Both the position numbers and the translations under genes were made by a program. 64,000 bases of DNA, taken from positions 72,455-136,454 of the forward strand of contig NVWV01000009.1 of assembly GCA_002746305.1 (NCBI GenBank), written 5' to 3'. The notes below the pieces were generated by a model. That model did no database searches and was not told where the DNA came from. It saw only the letters and a list, made by a program, of their open reading frames with translations. Shown here piece by piece: positions 37,034 through 47,034 of this stretch (the first letter of the stretch is position 1; the number at the start of each line of letters is the position of its first letter). This DNA comes from Bacteroidota bacterium (lineage in GTDB: Bacteria > Bacteroidota > Bacteroidia > NS11-12g > UBA9320).

Positions 37034-39115
37034 CTATAAAGCTGCAAGCTGAGTTTTCAGTTCTTCTAAACTCACTTCCTTATAGTCTGGTCTTATCTTC
37101 ACTCCTTTTCTTGCTACAAAATCAACTATTGAAAGCTGAGGTTTCCCCTCAACAGCCATGATATGAATCACCTTGGCCTTTTCCCTTACGGGTATCTTCA
37201 CTTGCCTTTCTTCACCAACACTACTTGTACTCATTAGGCTTTTGAACTTTTTAATATAGACCATCACTCGCTCTCCTACTACTCCGGCTACAGCAAATTT
37301 AGCAGCTACCTTAAACTTTATTTTAGAGAATCTATCACAATTAATCCAACCTAACTTTTTAACTCCAGCAGAATAAAAATTATCTACGGCTCCTTGAGTT
37401 GAAATTCCATTGGCTGCATCAGTTTCAAACTTTTTACTTATCGCTAGATTAATCATTTCTTTCACCTCCTTGTCTTGCATCATTTCATGAGCAAGCTTAT
37501 TGTTCTGAAGTGAATAACTTCTATTAAAATTCATACTTCTCCTGTGCTTTGAGTAGTACTTTCTCATCTTGGAAATGCTAATTTCATTATCCTTTACAAA
37601 GTTTTTTGCAATAAACTTAGCATCAAATCGAGACAACATGTTGTAGTATGCCAGTTGATTAGCAAGGTACTCCAAATGTCCAGACCTAGCAAAATCCATC
37701 TTCGCTTGTGTCACTCTATAAATATACTTTTCAGGTTTAACAGATGTAAACTTCCCCTGATCGTTTCGACTTCTTATGTAGTTTATGCCGTAGTTTATAC
37801 GAGCTTGATCATACACTCTTTTGTGCTTGTTATACTCCTTTTTTAGATAGTCGATATGTTGTTCTATATCATCACTAATATCAGCCATTTTCTCTTCATA
37901 AAGTGCGAAATTTTGCTTGTATTCTGCTAAATCCTTATCGTAGTCCTTTTTGTGCTCTTGATATCTGGCCAGCCTTCCTTCATAGTCCTCATACCTTTCA
38001 TCATATATTTCTTGAGCAATTTCCTCTTTTCGTGCATCGGATGTAAACCACGCTTTAATTCCGGTTACCACTTTATCCGGATTAACTTCCTTTGGCATCC
38101 TTGGCATTCTTGGTTGCTTTAGCACACTAGGAGGCACGGGAAAAGTAACAACCTGCTCTTGCATATCAGCTTTACTTATAGCGGGTATTGGTCTAACAAA
38201 TTTTTCGAATACACTGAGATCTAATCTCAATGGAGCTCCTATAATATCTTGCCTACCTGCTGCAAATTTATCCTTAGTAATATTCCAACGCATTAGTCCA
38301 TCTGCATTTCTACTTCCAGTAAACACAGACATTCCATCTTCCAGATTCTCAGAAGGCAGATCTACTCCAAGAGCTTTATCACCCCTAAGCTGTAATGGTT
38401 TTCCGTCCAAACTTGCAGTAACTTTAATCATCCCACCACTCTCAAGCATTTCTCCACTCTCTGTTTCTGTAACCAACAAACTGGTAATACCATCTTTTGC
38501 CGAAAGTGCCTCTTCAATAGAAATTACGACTCTTCTATTTCCAATCTTTCGCCCTAAATCATCGACAAAAGCATTTTGAGGAATAAATATTTCACTCCCA
38601 TTACTAGCCGTGATGGAATAATCTTCATTCGTTGGAATTTCAAAATGTTGTTCCTCATCTCTTATCCGTTCCAAAATTTCATCTGCTGATGTGAAGGGCT
38701 TGTACTCCAAGGATATTTCTACACGTCGATTTAGTTGCTTCCCTTCCAAAGTCGAGTTACTTGCAATTGGAATTTGCTCCCCATGCCAACCCGCTTTCAT
38801 TTCGCTTTGTTTTATATTTCTTGCTGTAAGATAATCTACAACACTTCTTGCTCGGTTCTGTGATAATACTTTATTGTAATCATCACTTGCATCAAAATCT
38901 GTATGAGCGGATAATCCAATCCCTGTTACATAATTTTCATTATACAAGGTTAAAATCTGCTCCAGAGTCTTAACACTCTCTTCTTTGAGTGTGTATTTGT
39001 CTACGTCAAAATAGACATTAAATTTTTTAACAGTTTGACTATAAAGAGTCCCAAAACATAAAATAAAAGTTAGTGTTAATAGTGCGTTTTTCATAATATC
39101 AGCTTTTGTTTTCAT
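37034..39115 (-). CDS. Exported protein with N-terminal OmpA-like peptidoglycan-binding domain plus large uncharacterised region
   Basis: VYFDVDKYTL, AHTD, YNKVLSQNRARSV, NRRVEI; then IFIPQNAF...MLESGGM, Pro-rich and coiled-coil segments, LGWINCDRF. Confidence 0.85.
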   Translation of the reverse strand: MKTKADIMKNALLTLTFILCFGTLYSQTVKKFNVYFDVDKYTLKEESVKTLEQILTLYNENYVTGIGLSAHTDFDASDDYNKVLSQNRARSVVDYLTARNIKQSEMKAGWHGEQIPIASNSTLEGKQLNRRVEISLEYKPFTSADEILERIRDEEQHFEIPTNEDYSITASNGSEIFIPQNAFVDDLGRKIGNRRVVISIEEALSAKDGITSLLVTETESGEMLESGGMIKVTASLDGKPLQLRGDKALGVDLPSENLEDGMSVFTGSRNADGLMRWNITKDKFAAGRQDIIGAPLRLDLSVFEKFVRPIPAISKADMQEQVVTFPVPPSVLKQPRMPRMPKEVNPDKVVTGIKAWFTSDARKEEIAQEIYDERYEDYEGRLARYQEHKKDYDKDLAEYKQNFALYEEKMADISDDIEQHIDYLKKEYNKHKRVYDQARINYGINYIRSRNDQGKFTSVKPEKYIYRVTQAKMDFARSGHLEYLANQLAYYNMLSRFDAKFIAKNFVKDNEISISKMRKYYSKHRRSMNFNRSYSLQNNKLAHEMMQDKEVKEMINLAISKKFETDAANGISTQGAVDNFYSAGVKKLGWINCDRFSKIKFKVAAKFAVAGVVGERVMVYIKKFKSLMSTSSVGEERQVKIPVREKAKVIHIMAVEGKPQLSIVDFVARKGVKIRPDYKEVSLEELKTQLAAL

Positions 39116-39119
39116 CTAT

Positions 39120-39148
39120 ACAACGGAGACAAATGCCTACATGTTACA
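39120..39148 (-). promoter_or_regulatory. Candidate ECF-sigma promoter of the OmpA-domain gene
   Basis: Minus strand TGTAAC-N17-CGTTGT followed by ATAG-ATG. Confidence 0.5.
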
Positions 39149-39296
39149 TTTCTATGACAACTTTAAGATGCCTCAAAACAACCGAGCTTAAAACTAAACC
39201 TAATAACTTACTGTTTTTCAGCAAGTTAAATCCACATTAATTGTTGTTAATATTCTTTAATATAAAACCGATTGGTTTATTCCGTTTATTTGAAAA

Positions 39297-39740
39297 ATGG
39301 AAAACCTAACAGATTCACAAATTGAAGACACTGAAGTCTACCCCTTAATATCAGATAGATACAAAGCATTTTTCATTGATGCACTTGTTATGATAGGCTT
39401 CTGGTATATCTTTTCAATGATCTTTTCATCTTTTGACAACGTGCCAAAAGAAATACGATTTTCTGCTTATCTCTTCAGTGTCTGGTTATACGAACCCCTA
39501 TTTGTTTCTGTATTTGGTGCGAGCATTGGTCATTACTCTGGGGGTATGCGAGTGGTACGAGAATCAGACCGTACTCGTAAAATCAATATCGTTATGGCTA
39601 TATTTCGTTATGCTATAAAGTTACTCCTAGGGATTCTTTCGTTGCTTACAATTACAAAAGCCAATAAAGGCAGGGCCATCCATGATATGGTAGCACTATC
39701 TATTGTAATATTTAAGGATTCAGAAGAAAAGACTACTTAA
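39297..39740 (+). CDS. RDD family membrane protein
   Basis: RYKAFFIDA, GASIGHYSGGMRVV, IFRYAIK, RAIHDMVA..IVI. Confidence 0.88.
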   Translation: MENLTDSQIEDTEVYPLISDRYKAFFIDALVMIGFWYIFSMIFSSFDNVPKEIRFSAYLFSVWLYEPLFVSVFGASIGHYSGGMRVVRESDRTRKINIVMAIFRYAIKLLLGILSLLTITKANKGRAIHDMVALSIVIFKDSEEKTT

Positions 39741-40818
39741 CAGGATTCACCGCAGCTCGGATACTAAATACATGAGAGTATTGAGCAGCACTTTGATCAC
39801 CAATGTCACTTAACGCATAATCAATGCTAATTTGATTTAAGTTTAAACCCAGACCTATATTCGGCATAAAGGTCCATTGTTGCTCATAGTTAAAGTCTTT
39901 GGTTTGTTGGATATTACCTATACCGGCTCTCAGGTAGATTATCTTTTTGTATCCAGCTTCAATTCCTAGATGTGGGTCTCCGCTAATAAAATTAGTCTTA
40001 ATGAGTGTATTCCTTTTACCATCCGTATTTAGGTCTAAATTGACTTCTGCCAATAAATCAAAATCATCATTAAACTCTACTCTCTTTGCAGCTCCAAGGA
40101 TAAACTTTGGGAGAGTTAGTTCCAATGAATTAATTGGCACTTCATTACCGGTTTGTCTAAATACCTGCTCTTCAGCCTCAGTAAAATTAAAATTCCATGC
40201 ATTGAACGTTGTTGTAATATCTCTAGCCATTACAGCAAATTTCCAATCATTATCCGTTTCATACTTTGCACTTACATCGATACCAAATCCCCACGCTGTT
40301 GTAAATTCTCCAGCCCGTCTGTGAACTATCTTAGCACTTCCACCGAAACTAAGTCCCTCAGTCAAAGCCTTTTGAGCATAGCTAATAAAAAAACCGTAAT
40401 CTACTGCACTGAACTCTGTAACACGATCATAATTTATTTGTCCATTTCTTATCAAATCCAATGTATTTGGAATTCCATCTACACCAAATCTTACCATAGA
40501 AAAACTCAATGCTGCATTGTCTTTCACCTTGGTACTTAAAGCCAAATAATCATAATTTGCTAATCCATTAAAGTAGTTGGAATGCATGAATGAAAGTTGG
40601 AGTTTATCTTTTTGACCAACCAGACCTGCAGGATTCCAAAAGCCAGAAGTTACATCATCCGTAGATGCAATAACCGAATTTGACATACCAAAAGCTCTTG
40701 CTCCTACACCAATAGACAAAAACTCATTACTGTATTTTGGTGTTGATTGTGCAGATACATCAGCTACACATAATGCAGCAAGAATGATGAAGACACATTT
40801 TATATTGGCAAGTCTCAT
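39733..40818 (-). CDS. PorV/PorQ-family outer-membrane beta-barrel (PorV2-like T9SS accessory)
   Basis: KYSNEFLSIGVGARAFGM, SGFWNPAGL, FGIDV, IDYALSD..YSHVFS. Confidence 0.8.
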   Translation of the reverse strand: MRLANIKCVFIILAALCVADVSAQSTPKYSNEFLSIGVGARAFGMSNSVIASTDDVTSGFWNPAGLVGQKDKLQLSFMHSNYFNGLANYDYLALSTKVKDNAALSFSMVRFGVDGIPNTLDLIRNGQINYDRVTEFSAVDYGFFISYAQKALTEGLSFGGSAKIVHRRAGEFTTAWGFGIDVSAKYETDNDWKFAVMARDITTTFNAWNFNFTEAEEQVFRQTGNEVPINSLELTLPKFILGAAKRVEFNDDFDLLAEVNLDLNTDGKRNTLIKTNFISGDPHLGIEAGYKKIIYLRAGIGNIQQTKDFNYEQQWTFMPNIGLGLNLNQISIDYALSDIGDQSAAQYSHVFSIRAAVNPVK

Positions 40819-40834
40819 TTGATAAGATGGGTAA

Positions 40835-41491
40835 TTATAATAGTTGAATTTCTAAAGCATCAATAGAACGAGCAAGCTCTGGTTCTATTGTCTCACAAAT
40901 GTCAATTAATAATTGACGTTGATCATCATTCAATTCAATCATGTCTAGTTTACGACAAACACCTTCTACAGCAGCCACTACATTTTCTAAACTTGTATAG
41001 CTGTTTAAGAAATTTGCCTTCATAAACCTTTTGTGTTGTCCTTTCCAAAGTTCATCATCTTGCAAACCTGCATAACGCATAAACTTCAGGACCCATTGTT
41101 GCTCTACGCTATTAATCATATCGTAAAACTCATTGGCCAAGTTTGGATTCTTATCGAGTAATATTTTATCCAAAAGAACTTCCACCATGATATGAGTGAT
41201 AAAGTAATCTCTATTGATATCTTTATCTCCGCTTTCTCTAATCATATCAGTCGCTCTGTTTGTAATATCTACAAACACCATCCAGTTGTGAAACTTTCGA
41301 TCACTAGCGAAGTGCTTATTACATCCATCATTCATGGACGCAATTTCTTTGGTAGTAAAGGTTATATTTTTGTATGGATTTATTCTTAGTTTAGAGATGT
41401 GTGCTCTTGCAAGATCGGGAAGTATTAAACCAATATTGTAATACTTATTATCCTCAATTTGATCGAAATAAAAATGACTTAAATAATTCAC
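40835..41491 (-). CDS. ACP phosphodiesterase (AcpH)-like protein
   Basis: (M)NYLSHFYF, GLILPDL, H...DRKFH, HIMVEVLLD; GTG 41491 preferred over the ORF-track start 41548. Confidence 0.65.
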   Translation of the reverse strand: MNYLSHFYFDQIEDNKYYNIGLILPDLARAHISKLRINPYKNITFTTKEIASMNDGCNKHFASDRKFHNWMVFVDITNRATDMIRESGDKDINRDYFITHIMVEVLLDKILLDKNPNLANEFYDMINSVEQQWVLKFMRYAGLQDDELWKGQHKRFMKANFLNSYTSLENVVAAVEGVCRKLDMIELNDDQRQLLIDICETIEPELARSIDALEIQLL

Positions 41492-41650
41492 TGCTGCAAA
41501 GGAAATGAAATGTAGCCAATAAATAACAAGTGAATATAACATAGCCAAACCTTTCGATTTATATTAAGGACAATGGAATCATATTATTTACTAATAGTTC
41601 TATTCAAATTCATTTTTTCGGAGTCCCTAAACCTAATTTAACTTTGCAAT

Positions 41651-42115
41651 ATGAATAGTATAGGATTACCACAAAATGAAAGTCAAGTTGTAGTAGATAA
41701 ACTCAATAAGTTACTTGCTACATACTCTGTTTTGTATATGAACACTCGAGGATTTCATTGGAATATAAAGGGGAAAGAATTTTTTGAACTACACCTGAAG
41801 TTTGAAGAGATTTACAACTCTCTTGTATTACAAATAGACGAAATTGCTGAACGCATACTTACCTTAGAGGGCACGCCAGTTCATAGTTATTCTGACAATA
41901 TAAATCTTTCATTGATATCAGAACAAATGAATGTCACTAATGGTACTGAAGGACTAAAACACATCCTAGATGGGTATAAGACCATCATCCTTTTACAACG
42001 AGAGATTCTTGTTTTATCAGGGGAGATAAATGATGAAGGGACCACCTCTCAAATGAGTGACTACATCACTTTACAGGAAAAGGAAGTTTGGATGTATCGT
42101 TCCTATTTAGCTTAA
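41651..42115 (+). CDS. dps: Dps family DNA-binding ferritin-like protein
   Basis: FHWNIKGKEFFELHLKFEE, DEIAERI, EKEVWM; TAACTTTG box at 41639-41646. Confidence 0.93.
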   Translation: MNSIGLPQNESQVVVDKLNKLLATYSVLYMNTRGFHWNIKGKEFFELHLKFEEIYNSLVLQIDEIAERILTLEGTPVHSYSDNINLSLISEQMNVTNGTEGLKHILDGYKTIILLQREILVLSGEINDEGTTSQMSDYITLQEKEVWMYRSYLA

Positions 42116-42138
42116 GCTAAAGTACTACATTCGCGAAC

Positions 42139-43533
42139 TTGAAAAAAACGAACAAAACATCAGATAGGCTAGGAACCGAGAGTATTGGAAAATTGCTTTT
42201 ACAGCAATCTCTTCCTGCTTCAATTGGTTTTTTGGTGATGTCTGTTTATCAATTGATTGATGTTTTATTTGTCAGCAGATACGCTGAAGGAGAAATTGCA
42301 ATTGCAGCCATCACGGTTGTACTTCCCATCACCTTTTTAATTTCGTCCTTTGGAATGGCTGTTGGTGTAGGAGGAGCGTCGGTACTTGCTCGTGCATTAG
42401 GTGAAGGAAATCCACAAAAGGCACAAAAAATATTTGGCAATCAAATTACTTTAACTCTTGGCTTTGTTTTATTCTTTGTAGCCGTAGGTTATATTTTCCA
42501 AACTGAACTTCTTACTCTTTTTGGAGCGAACGAGGAAATAATGCCCTATGCTAAAAAATACTTAAACATATTACTTATAGGTCTCCCCTTCCTAGGATGG
42601 GCTATGATGAGTAATAATGTAATACGTGCAGAGGGTAAGCCAAAGGTGGCTATGCTCACTATGATCATTCCTGCTATCTCTAATATTCTATTAGACTACA
42701 TTCTAATCTACCATTTAAATATGGGAATAGCTGGAGCTGCAATAGCAACCACGGCAGGATATATTCTCAGCGGAGGCTACACCTTATGGTTCTTTTTATC
42801 TGGTCGAAGTGAATTGAAGCTCCTCGGAGAAAGTCTCAAATTAAACATTCCCATTGTACGTGAAATCACATCCATTGGTTCTATTACGTTAGTACGTCAG
42901 AGTATGTTTAGCCTTTTAGCAATTGTCCTTTATAGTCAATTGGACAAATGGGGACAAGTAGAATATGCCTCATTGGGAAAAAGTGGAGGGTCACATGCAA
43001 TAGCAATTTATGGACTTATCCGTGGATTTACCCTTTTTGTTGCCTTCCCTATTATTGGAATAATGCAGGGACTCATGCCCATCGTAAGTTACAATTATGG
43101 AGCTAAAAATGGAGAACGGGTAAAGCAAAGTGTACAGCTCGCTATTAAATGGACCACCATTATTTCACTGTTTTTATTGAGCATTATTGTCATCCTTCCA
43201 GAGTTCCTTATTTCAATATTCACAGAAGACAAAGACCTACTGGAACATACACCACGTGTGCTTCAGCTTATATTCATTTCTTTACCGATTATGGGAATCG
43301 GGTTTATAGGTGGGGCATATTTTCAAGCTATGGGAAAACCTCTACCTGCTTTGATACTTACTCTTGCTCGTCAAGGTCTTTTTATGATTCCTCTAATGTT
43401 CATCTTTAGCCACTTTATCGGTCTAGATGGTGTTTGGGTATCCCTGCCTGTCGGAGAAATTTTAGCAGGAATCTGGTCAGCAATTTGGTTGTACATGGAA
43501 GTGAATAAGTTGCAAAGTTTAAAAAAGGCTTAG
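42139..43533 (+). CDS. MATE family efflux transporter (MepA-like)
   Basis: IGKLLLQQSLPA, IRAEGKP, NILLDYILI, GIAGAAIAT, YNYGAKN; ~12 TM helices. Confidence 0.9.
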   Translation: MKKTNKTSDRLGTESIGKLLLQQSLPASIGFLVMSVYQLIDVLFVSRYAEGEIAIAAITVVLPITFLISSFGMAVGVGGASVLARALGEGNPQKAQKIFGNQITLTLGFVLFFVAVGYIFQTELLTLFGANEEIMPYAKKYLNILLIGLPFLGWAMMSNNVIRAEGKPKVAMLTMIIPAISNILLDYILIYHLNMGIAGAAIATTAGYILSGGYTLWFFLSGRSELKLLGESLKLNIPIVREITSIGSITLVRQSMFSLLAIVLYSQLDKWGQVEYASLGKSGGSHAIAIYGLIRGFTLFVAFPIIGIMQGLMPIVSYNYGAKNGERVKQSVQLAIKWTTIISLFLLSIIVILPEFLISIFTEDKDLLEHTPRVLQLIFISLPIMGIGFIGGAYFQAMGKPLPALILTLARQGLFMIPLMFIFSHFIGLDGVWVSLPVGEILAGIWSAIWLYMEVNKLQSLKKA

Positions 43534-43548
43534 TAACTCACCATATAC

Positions 43549-46269
43549 TTACACATTAAAAGCTTCTGTCACAATTGCTTCTTGCTCTTTTTTATGTACC
43601 GATGCATACCCAGTAGCTGGACTTGCACTACTTCTACGTGTAATTTCTTTAAAACCACGTGCCCAGTCGTATCTTAATATGTGCATCCAGGCTCCCATAT
43701 TTTTAGGCTCTTCTTGAACCCATGTAAACTCTGCTTTTGGATACTTCTTAAACAATGCTTGCATTTGTGTTTCAGGCATTGGATAGATCTGCTCCAATCT
43801 AACAACAGCAACATCTTTACGTTTACCCTCTTGTTGCCTTGCTAGCAAATCATAGTAGATTTTACCAGAACAAAGGTTAACTCTCTTCACTTTCTTCGTA
43901 TCTACGTAGCTATCATCTATTAACTCTTGAAATCCTCCTTTGGTAAACTCATCAGTTGTACTTACCGCCAATGGATGACGCAATAAGCTTTTTGGGCTCA
44001 TTATGATCAAAGGCTTTCGAAAATCTCTTTTTAATTGACGTCTAAATGCATGAAATAGATTGGCAGGAGTTGTTATATTCATTACCTGCATATTTGCCAT
44101 AGCACATAGCTGTAAGTACCTCTCCAAACGAGCACTACTGTGTTCAGGTCCTTGCCCCTCATACCCGTGAGGAAGTAACATTACTAGACCACTATATCTT
44201 CCCCACTTGGTCTCACCACTTGCTATAAACTGATCTATCGTTACTTGACATCCATTAGAGAAATCACCAAACTGTGCTTCCCAAATAGTTAAACCCGTTG
44301 GATTGGTCATTGAATAACCATATTCAAAACCTAATACTGCATATTCTGAAAGCAAAGAGTTATATATTTCAAATTTCTGCTGTTTATCGGAGATGTGATT
44401 CAAAGGAACAAACTCTCCTTGACCATCTTCTGTCTTTATTACTGCATGACGATGGGAGAATGTACCACGTTCTACATCTTGACCACTCATTCTAACCGAA
44501 TGTCCTTCTTCCAACAAAGTTCCATAGGCCATAAGCTCTCCCATTGCCCAGTCATACTTACCTTCTTCAACCATCCGCTTTCTATCGGTATACAACTTGG
44601 TCACCTTCTTTATCGGTAGATAGTTATCTGGAATATTTGTAATTGCCTTTGCTACTGTTTCTAAAGCTTTTTTAGAAACTGCTGTCTTTACTGACTTTTC
44701 AAAATCATCCTTGGTTCCGGTTTTCAGCTTACTCCAAGAGCTTTTGGGCAGATTGTTATTTTTAGGTTTTTTGTCAGCACGTACATCCTCAAGGTCTTGT
44801 TGCAACATGGCCTTGAATTCCTTTTCGAGCTTTTTTGCTAAACTTGCCTCGATACTCCCTTGCTCAGATAATTTCTTTGCATAAATCTCTCTTGGATTAT
44901 CATGCTTGGCAATTGCCTTGTACAAGGCTGGTTGTGTAAATTTAGGTTCGTCACCCTCGTTATGACCGTATTTTCTATAGCCCAATATATCTACGAATAC
45001 ATCTGAATGGAATGTTTGACGATAATCCATTGCTAACTTTATAGTATATACCAAAGCCTCTACATCATCACCATTTACATGAAACACAGGACATTTAGTA
45101 GTTTTAGCTACATCAGTACAGTAAATAGAAGTACGAGCATCCGTATAGTTAGTGGTAAAACCAATTTGGTTATTGGTGATTAAATGAAGAATACCTCCAA
45201 CTTCATATCCATCTAAACCAGCCATTTGTAAAACCTCGTAAACGATACCTTGACCAGCAACTGCTGCATCACCATGAATAAGTATGGGTATAATTTTAGA
45301 CAAGTCATTGTTATAACTTTTATCCAACTTAGCTCTGGTAATACCCTGGACTACAGGATCTACAGCCTCCAAATGACTCGGATTGGGACAAAGATTAAGC
45401 TTAACCTCTTTACCCAAACTTGTTTTCACTTTGCTCGTATACCCTAGGTGATATTTTACATCACCTTCAAAAACAGAATCTTCGTATGCTTTTCCTTCAA
45501 ACTCATTGAAGATTTCTGCATAGCTCTTCTTCATAATATTGGCCAAGACATTAAGTCTACCTCGATGAGCCATCCCAATCACAAACTCTTCTACTCCTTG
45601 ACTTGATCCTAACTCTATAGCAGAATCAAGTGCTGGGATTAGTGTTTCTAATCCCTCCAGAGAAAATCTTTTTTGACCGACATACTTGGTATGCAAGAAA
45701 TTCTCAAAAGCTACTGCTTGATTTAATTTCTCAAGTGTAAGTTTCTTTTGTTCAATTGTAAAACTGGGCGTGTTCTTACGCTTTTCCATTCTACTTTGTA
45801 ACCATTCCACCTGTTTAGGATCAGGAATGTACATGTACTCAACTCCTATGCTTTCACAATAGGTTATTTCGCAATGAGCTATTATATCCTTAAGCTTGGC
45901 AGTACCAATTCCTATGGCTACACCAGCATTAAATTTTTTATCTAAATCCGCTTTGGAGAGACCAAAATTTTCAATTGATAAATCGGGAGTATACGTTCTA
46001 CGCTCTCTTACGGGATTGGTCTTCGTAAATAGATGACCTCGGGTTCTGTAACCATTATTGATAAGATTAAGGACATTTATCTCCTTCATCATATCTTCAC
46101 TCACCGCTCCTCCAGCATCATTCAGCCCCAACTCTCCGTAAGCTAGATCGAAACCTTCAAAAAAACGTTGCCAGCTTTCGTCTACAGAGGATTTATCTGT
46201 TTTATACTGCTCATACATGTGGTCTACAGAATCTACATCTGCATTGCTTAAGTAGGAATGGTTTAACAT
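43549..46269 (-). CDS. sucA: 2-oxoglutarate dehydrogenase E1 component
   Basis: GQKRFSLEG, GMAHRGRLNVL, GDVKYHLG, IHGDAAVAGQG, GHNEGDEP, LLPHGYEGQGPEHSSARLER; TATTTTTG at 46286-46293 (-). Confidence 0.97.
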   Translation of the reverse strand: MLNHSYLSNADVDSVDHMYEQYKTDKSSVDESWQRFFEGFDLAYGELGLNDAGGAVSEDMMKEINVLNLINNGYRTRGHLFTKTNPVRERRTYTPDLSIENFGLSKADLDKKFNAGVAIGIGTAKLKDIIAHCEITYCESIGVEYMYIPDPKQVEWLQSRMEKRKNTPSFTIEQKKLTLEKLNQAVAFENFLHTKYVGQKRFSLEGLETLIPALDSAIELGSSQGVEEFVIGMAHRGRLNVLANIMKKSYAEIFNEFEGKAYEDSVFEGDVKYHLGYTSKVKTSLGKEVKLNLCPNPSHLEAVDPVVQGITRAKLDKSYNNDLSKIIPILIHGDAAVAGQGIVYEVLQMAGLDGYEVGGILHLITNNQIGFTTNYTDARTSIYCTDVAKTTKCPVFHVNGDDVEALVYTIKLAMDYRQTFHSDVFVDILGYRKYGHNEGDEPKFTQPALYKAIAKHDNPREIYAKKLSEQGSIEASLAKKLEKEFKAMLQQDLEDVRADKKPKNNNLPKSSWSKLKTGTKDDFEKSVKTAVSKKALETVAKAITNIPDNYLPIKKVTKLYTDRKRMVEEGKYDWAMGELMAYGTLLEEGHSVRMSGQDVERGTFSHRHAVIKTEDGQGEFVPLNHISDKQQKFEIYNSLLSEYAVLGFEYGYSMTNPTGLTIWEAQFGDFSNGCQVTIDQFIASGETKWGRYSGLVMLLPHGYEGQGPEHSSARLERYLQLCAMANMQVMNITTPANLFHAFRRQLKRDFRKPLIIMSPKSLLRHPLAVSTTDEFTKGGFQELIDDSYVDTKKVKRVNLCSGKIYYDLLARQQEGKRKDVAVVRLEQIYPMPETQMQALFKKYPKAEFTWVQEEPKNMGAWMHILRYDWARGFKEITRRSSASPATGYASVHKKEQEAIVTEAFNV

Positions 46270-46444
46270 TATTTTTATGTTATTGCAAAAATAGAAAAGG
46301 GGTTTACATTGTCCTTCTTTTTTGAAGCAAAAAAGAAGGCTTTATGCACCCTTTCTACAAAAAGGATGCTCTTGTTACATCTTGACGTTTGAAATATCCG
46401 GTTTTTACTATATTTGGAAACAACCAAATCAAAGTTTACATCCA

Positions 46445-46954
46445 ATGGAAGAAAGTCAATTACAACCCCAACCGAGAAATACCTTTATCACTATTTTATG
46501 CGTCCTAACTTTTATAGGAAGTGGATGGGGCATATTAAGTAACATTATGAATTATGTAAATGCCAACTCTATTGAGGTCACATCAGAAGCAATTGAAGAA
46601 TCAATGGATGAGGCAATGGAACAAATCCAAGACAGTGATGACATAACAGATAAACAGAAAGGACTTATTGAAAAAATAATGAATGGGGTTTCTGAAGTAC
46701 TTACTCCCGCAAATGTTAGGAAATCATCACTAATTTCTATTCTATCAGGTCTTCTATGCATTTTCGGAGCTGTGCTAATGTGGAATTTACGAAAAGTTGG
46801 ATTTTATGTATATATCGGAGGAATACTCCTAGTAATTATAGGTATGATCGTAATTTTCGGACCTCTAATGGGGGCAATTTCAGCATTCTCTGCAGCATTT
46901 GGAGGATTCATCATGACCATACTTTATGGAGTCAACCTAAAACATATGAATTAA
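46445..46954 (+). CDS. Hypothetical membrane protein (about 4 TM helices)
   Basis: Hydrophobic segments flanking an acidic helical insert; ATG 46445 preferred over 46322. Confidence 0.75.
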   Translation: MEESQLQPQPRNTFITILCVLTFIGSGWGILSNIMNYVNANSIEVTSEAIEESMDEAMEQIQDSDDITDKQKGLIEKIMNGVSEVLTPANVRKSSLISILSGLLCIFGAVLMWNLRKVGFYVYIGGILLVIIGMIVIFGPLMGAISAFSAAFGGFIMTILYGVNLKHMN

Positions 46955-46977
46955 CATAAAAAATCTAAAACGATAAG

Positions 46978-47012
46978 AAAGGTGTGCGGTTATATTCGCA
47001 CACCTTTTTTTT
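46978..47012 (+). terminator. Intrinsic terminator
   Basis: AAAGGTGTGCG-GTTATATT-CGCACACCTTTTTTTT. Confidence 0.8.
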
Positions 47013-47034
47013 GTCCCTGAGACAAGAGTGGAGA

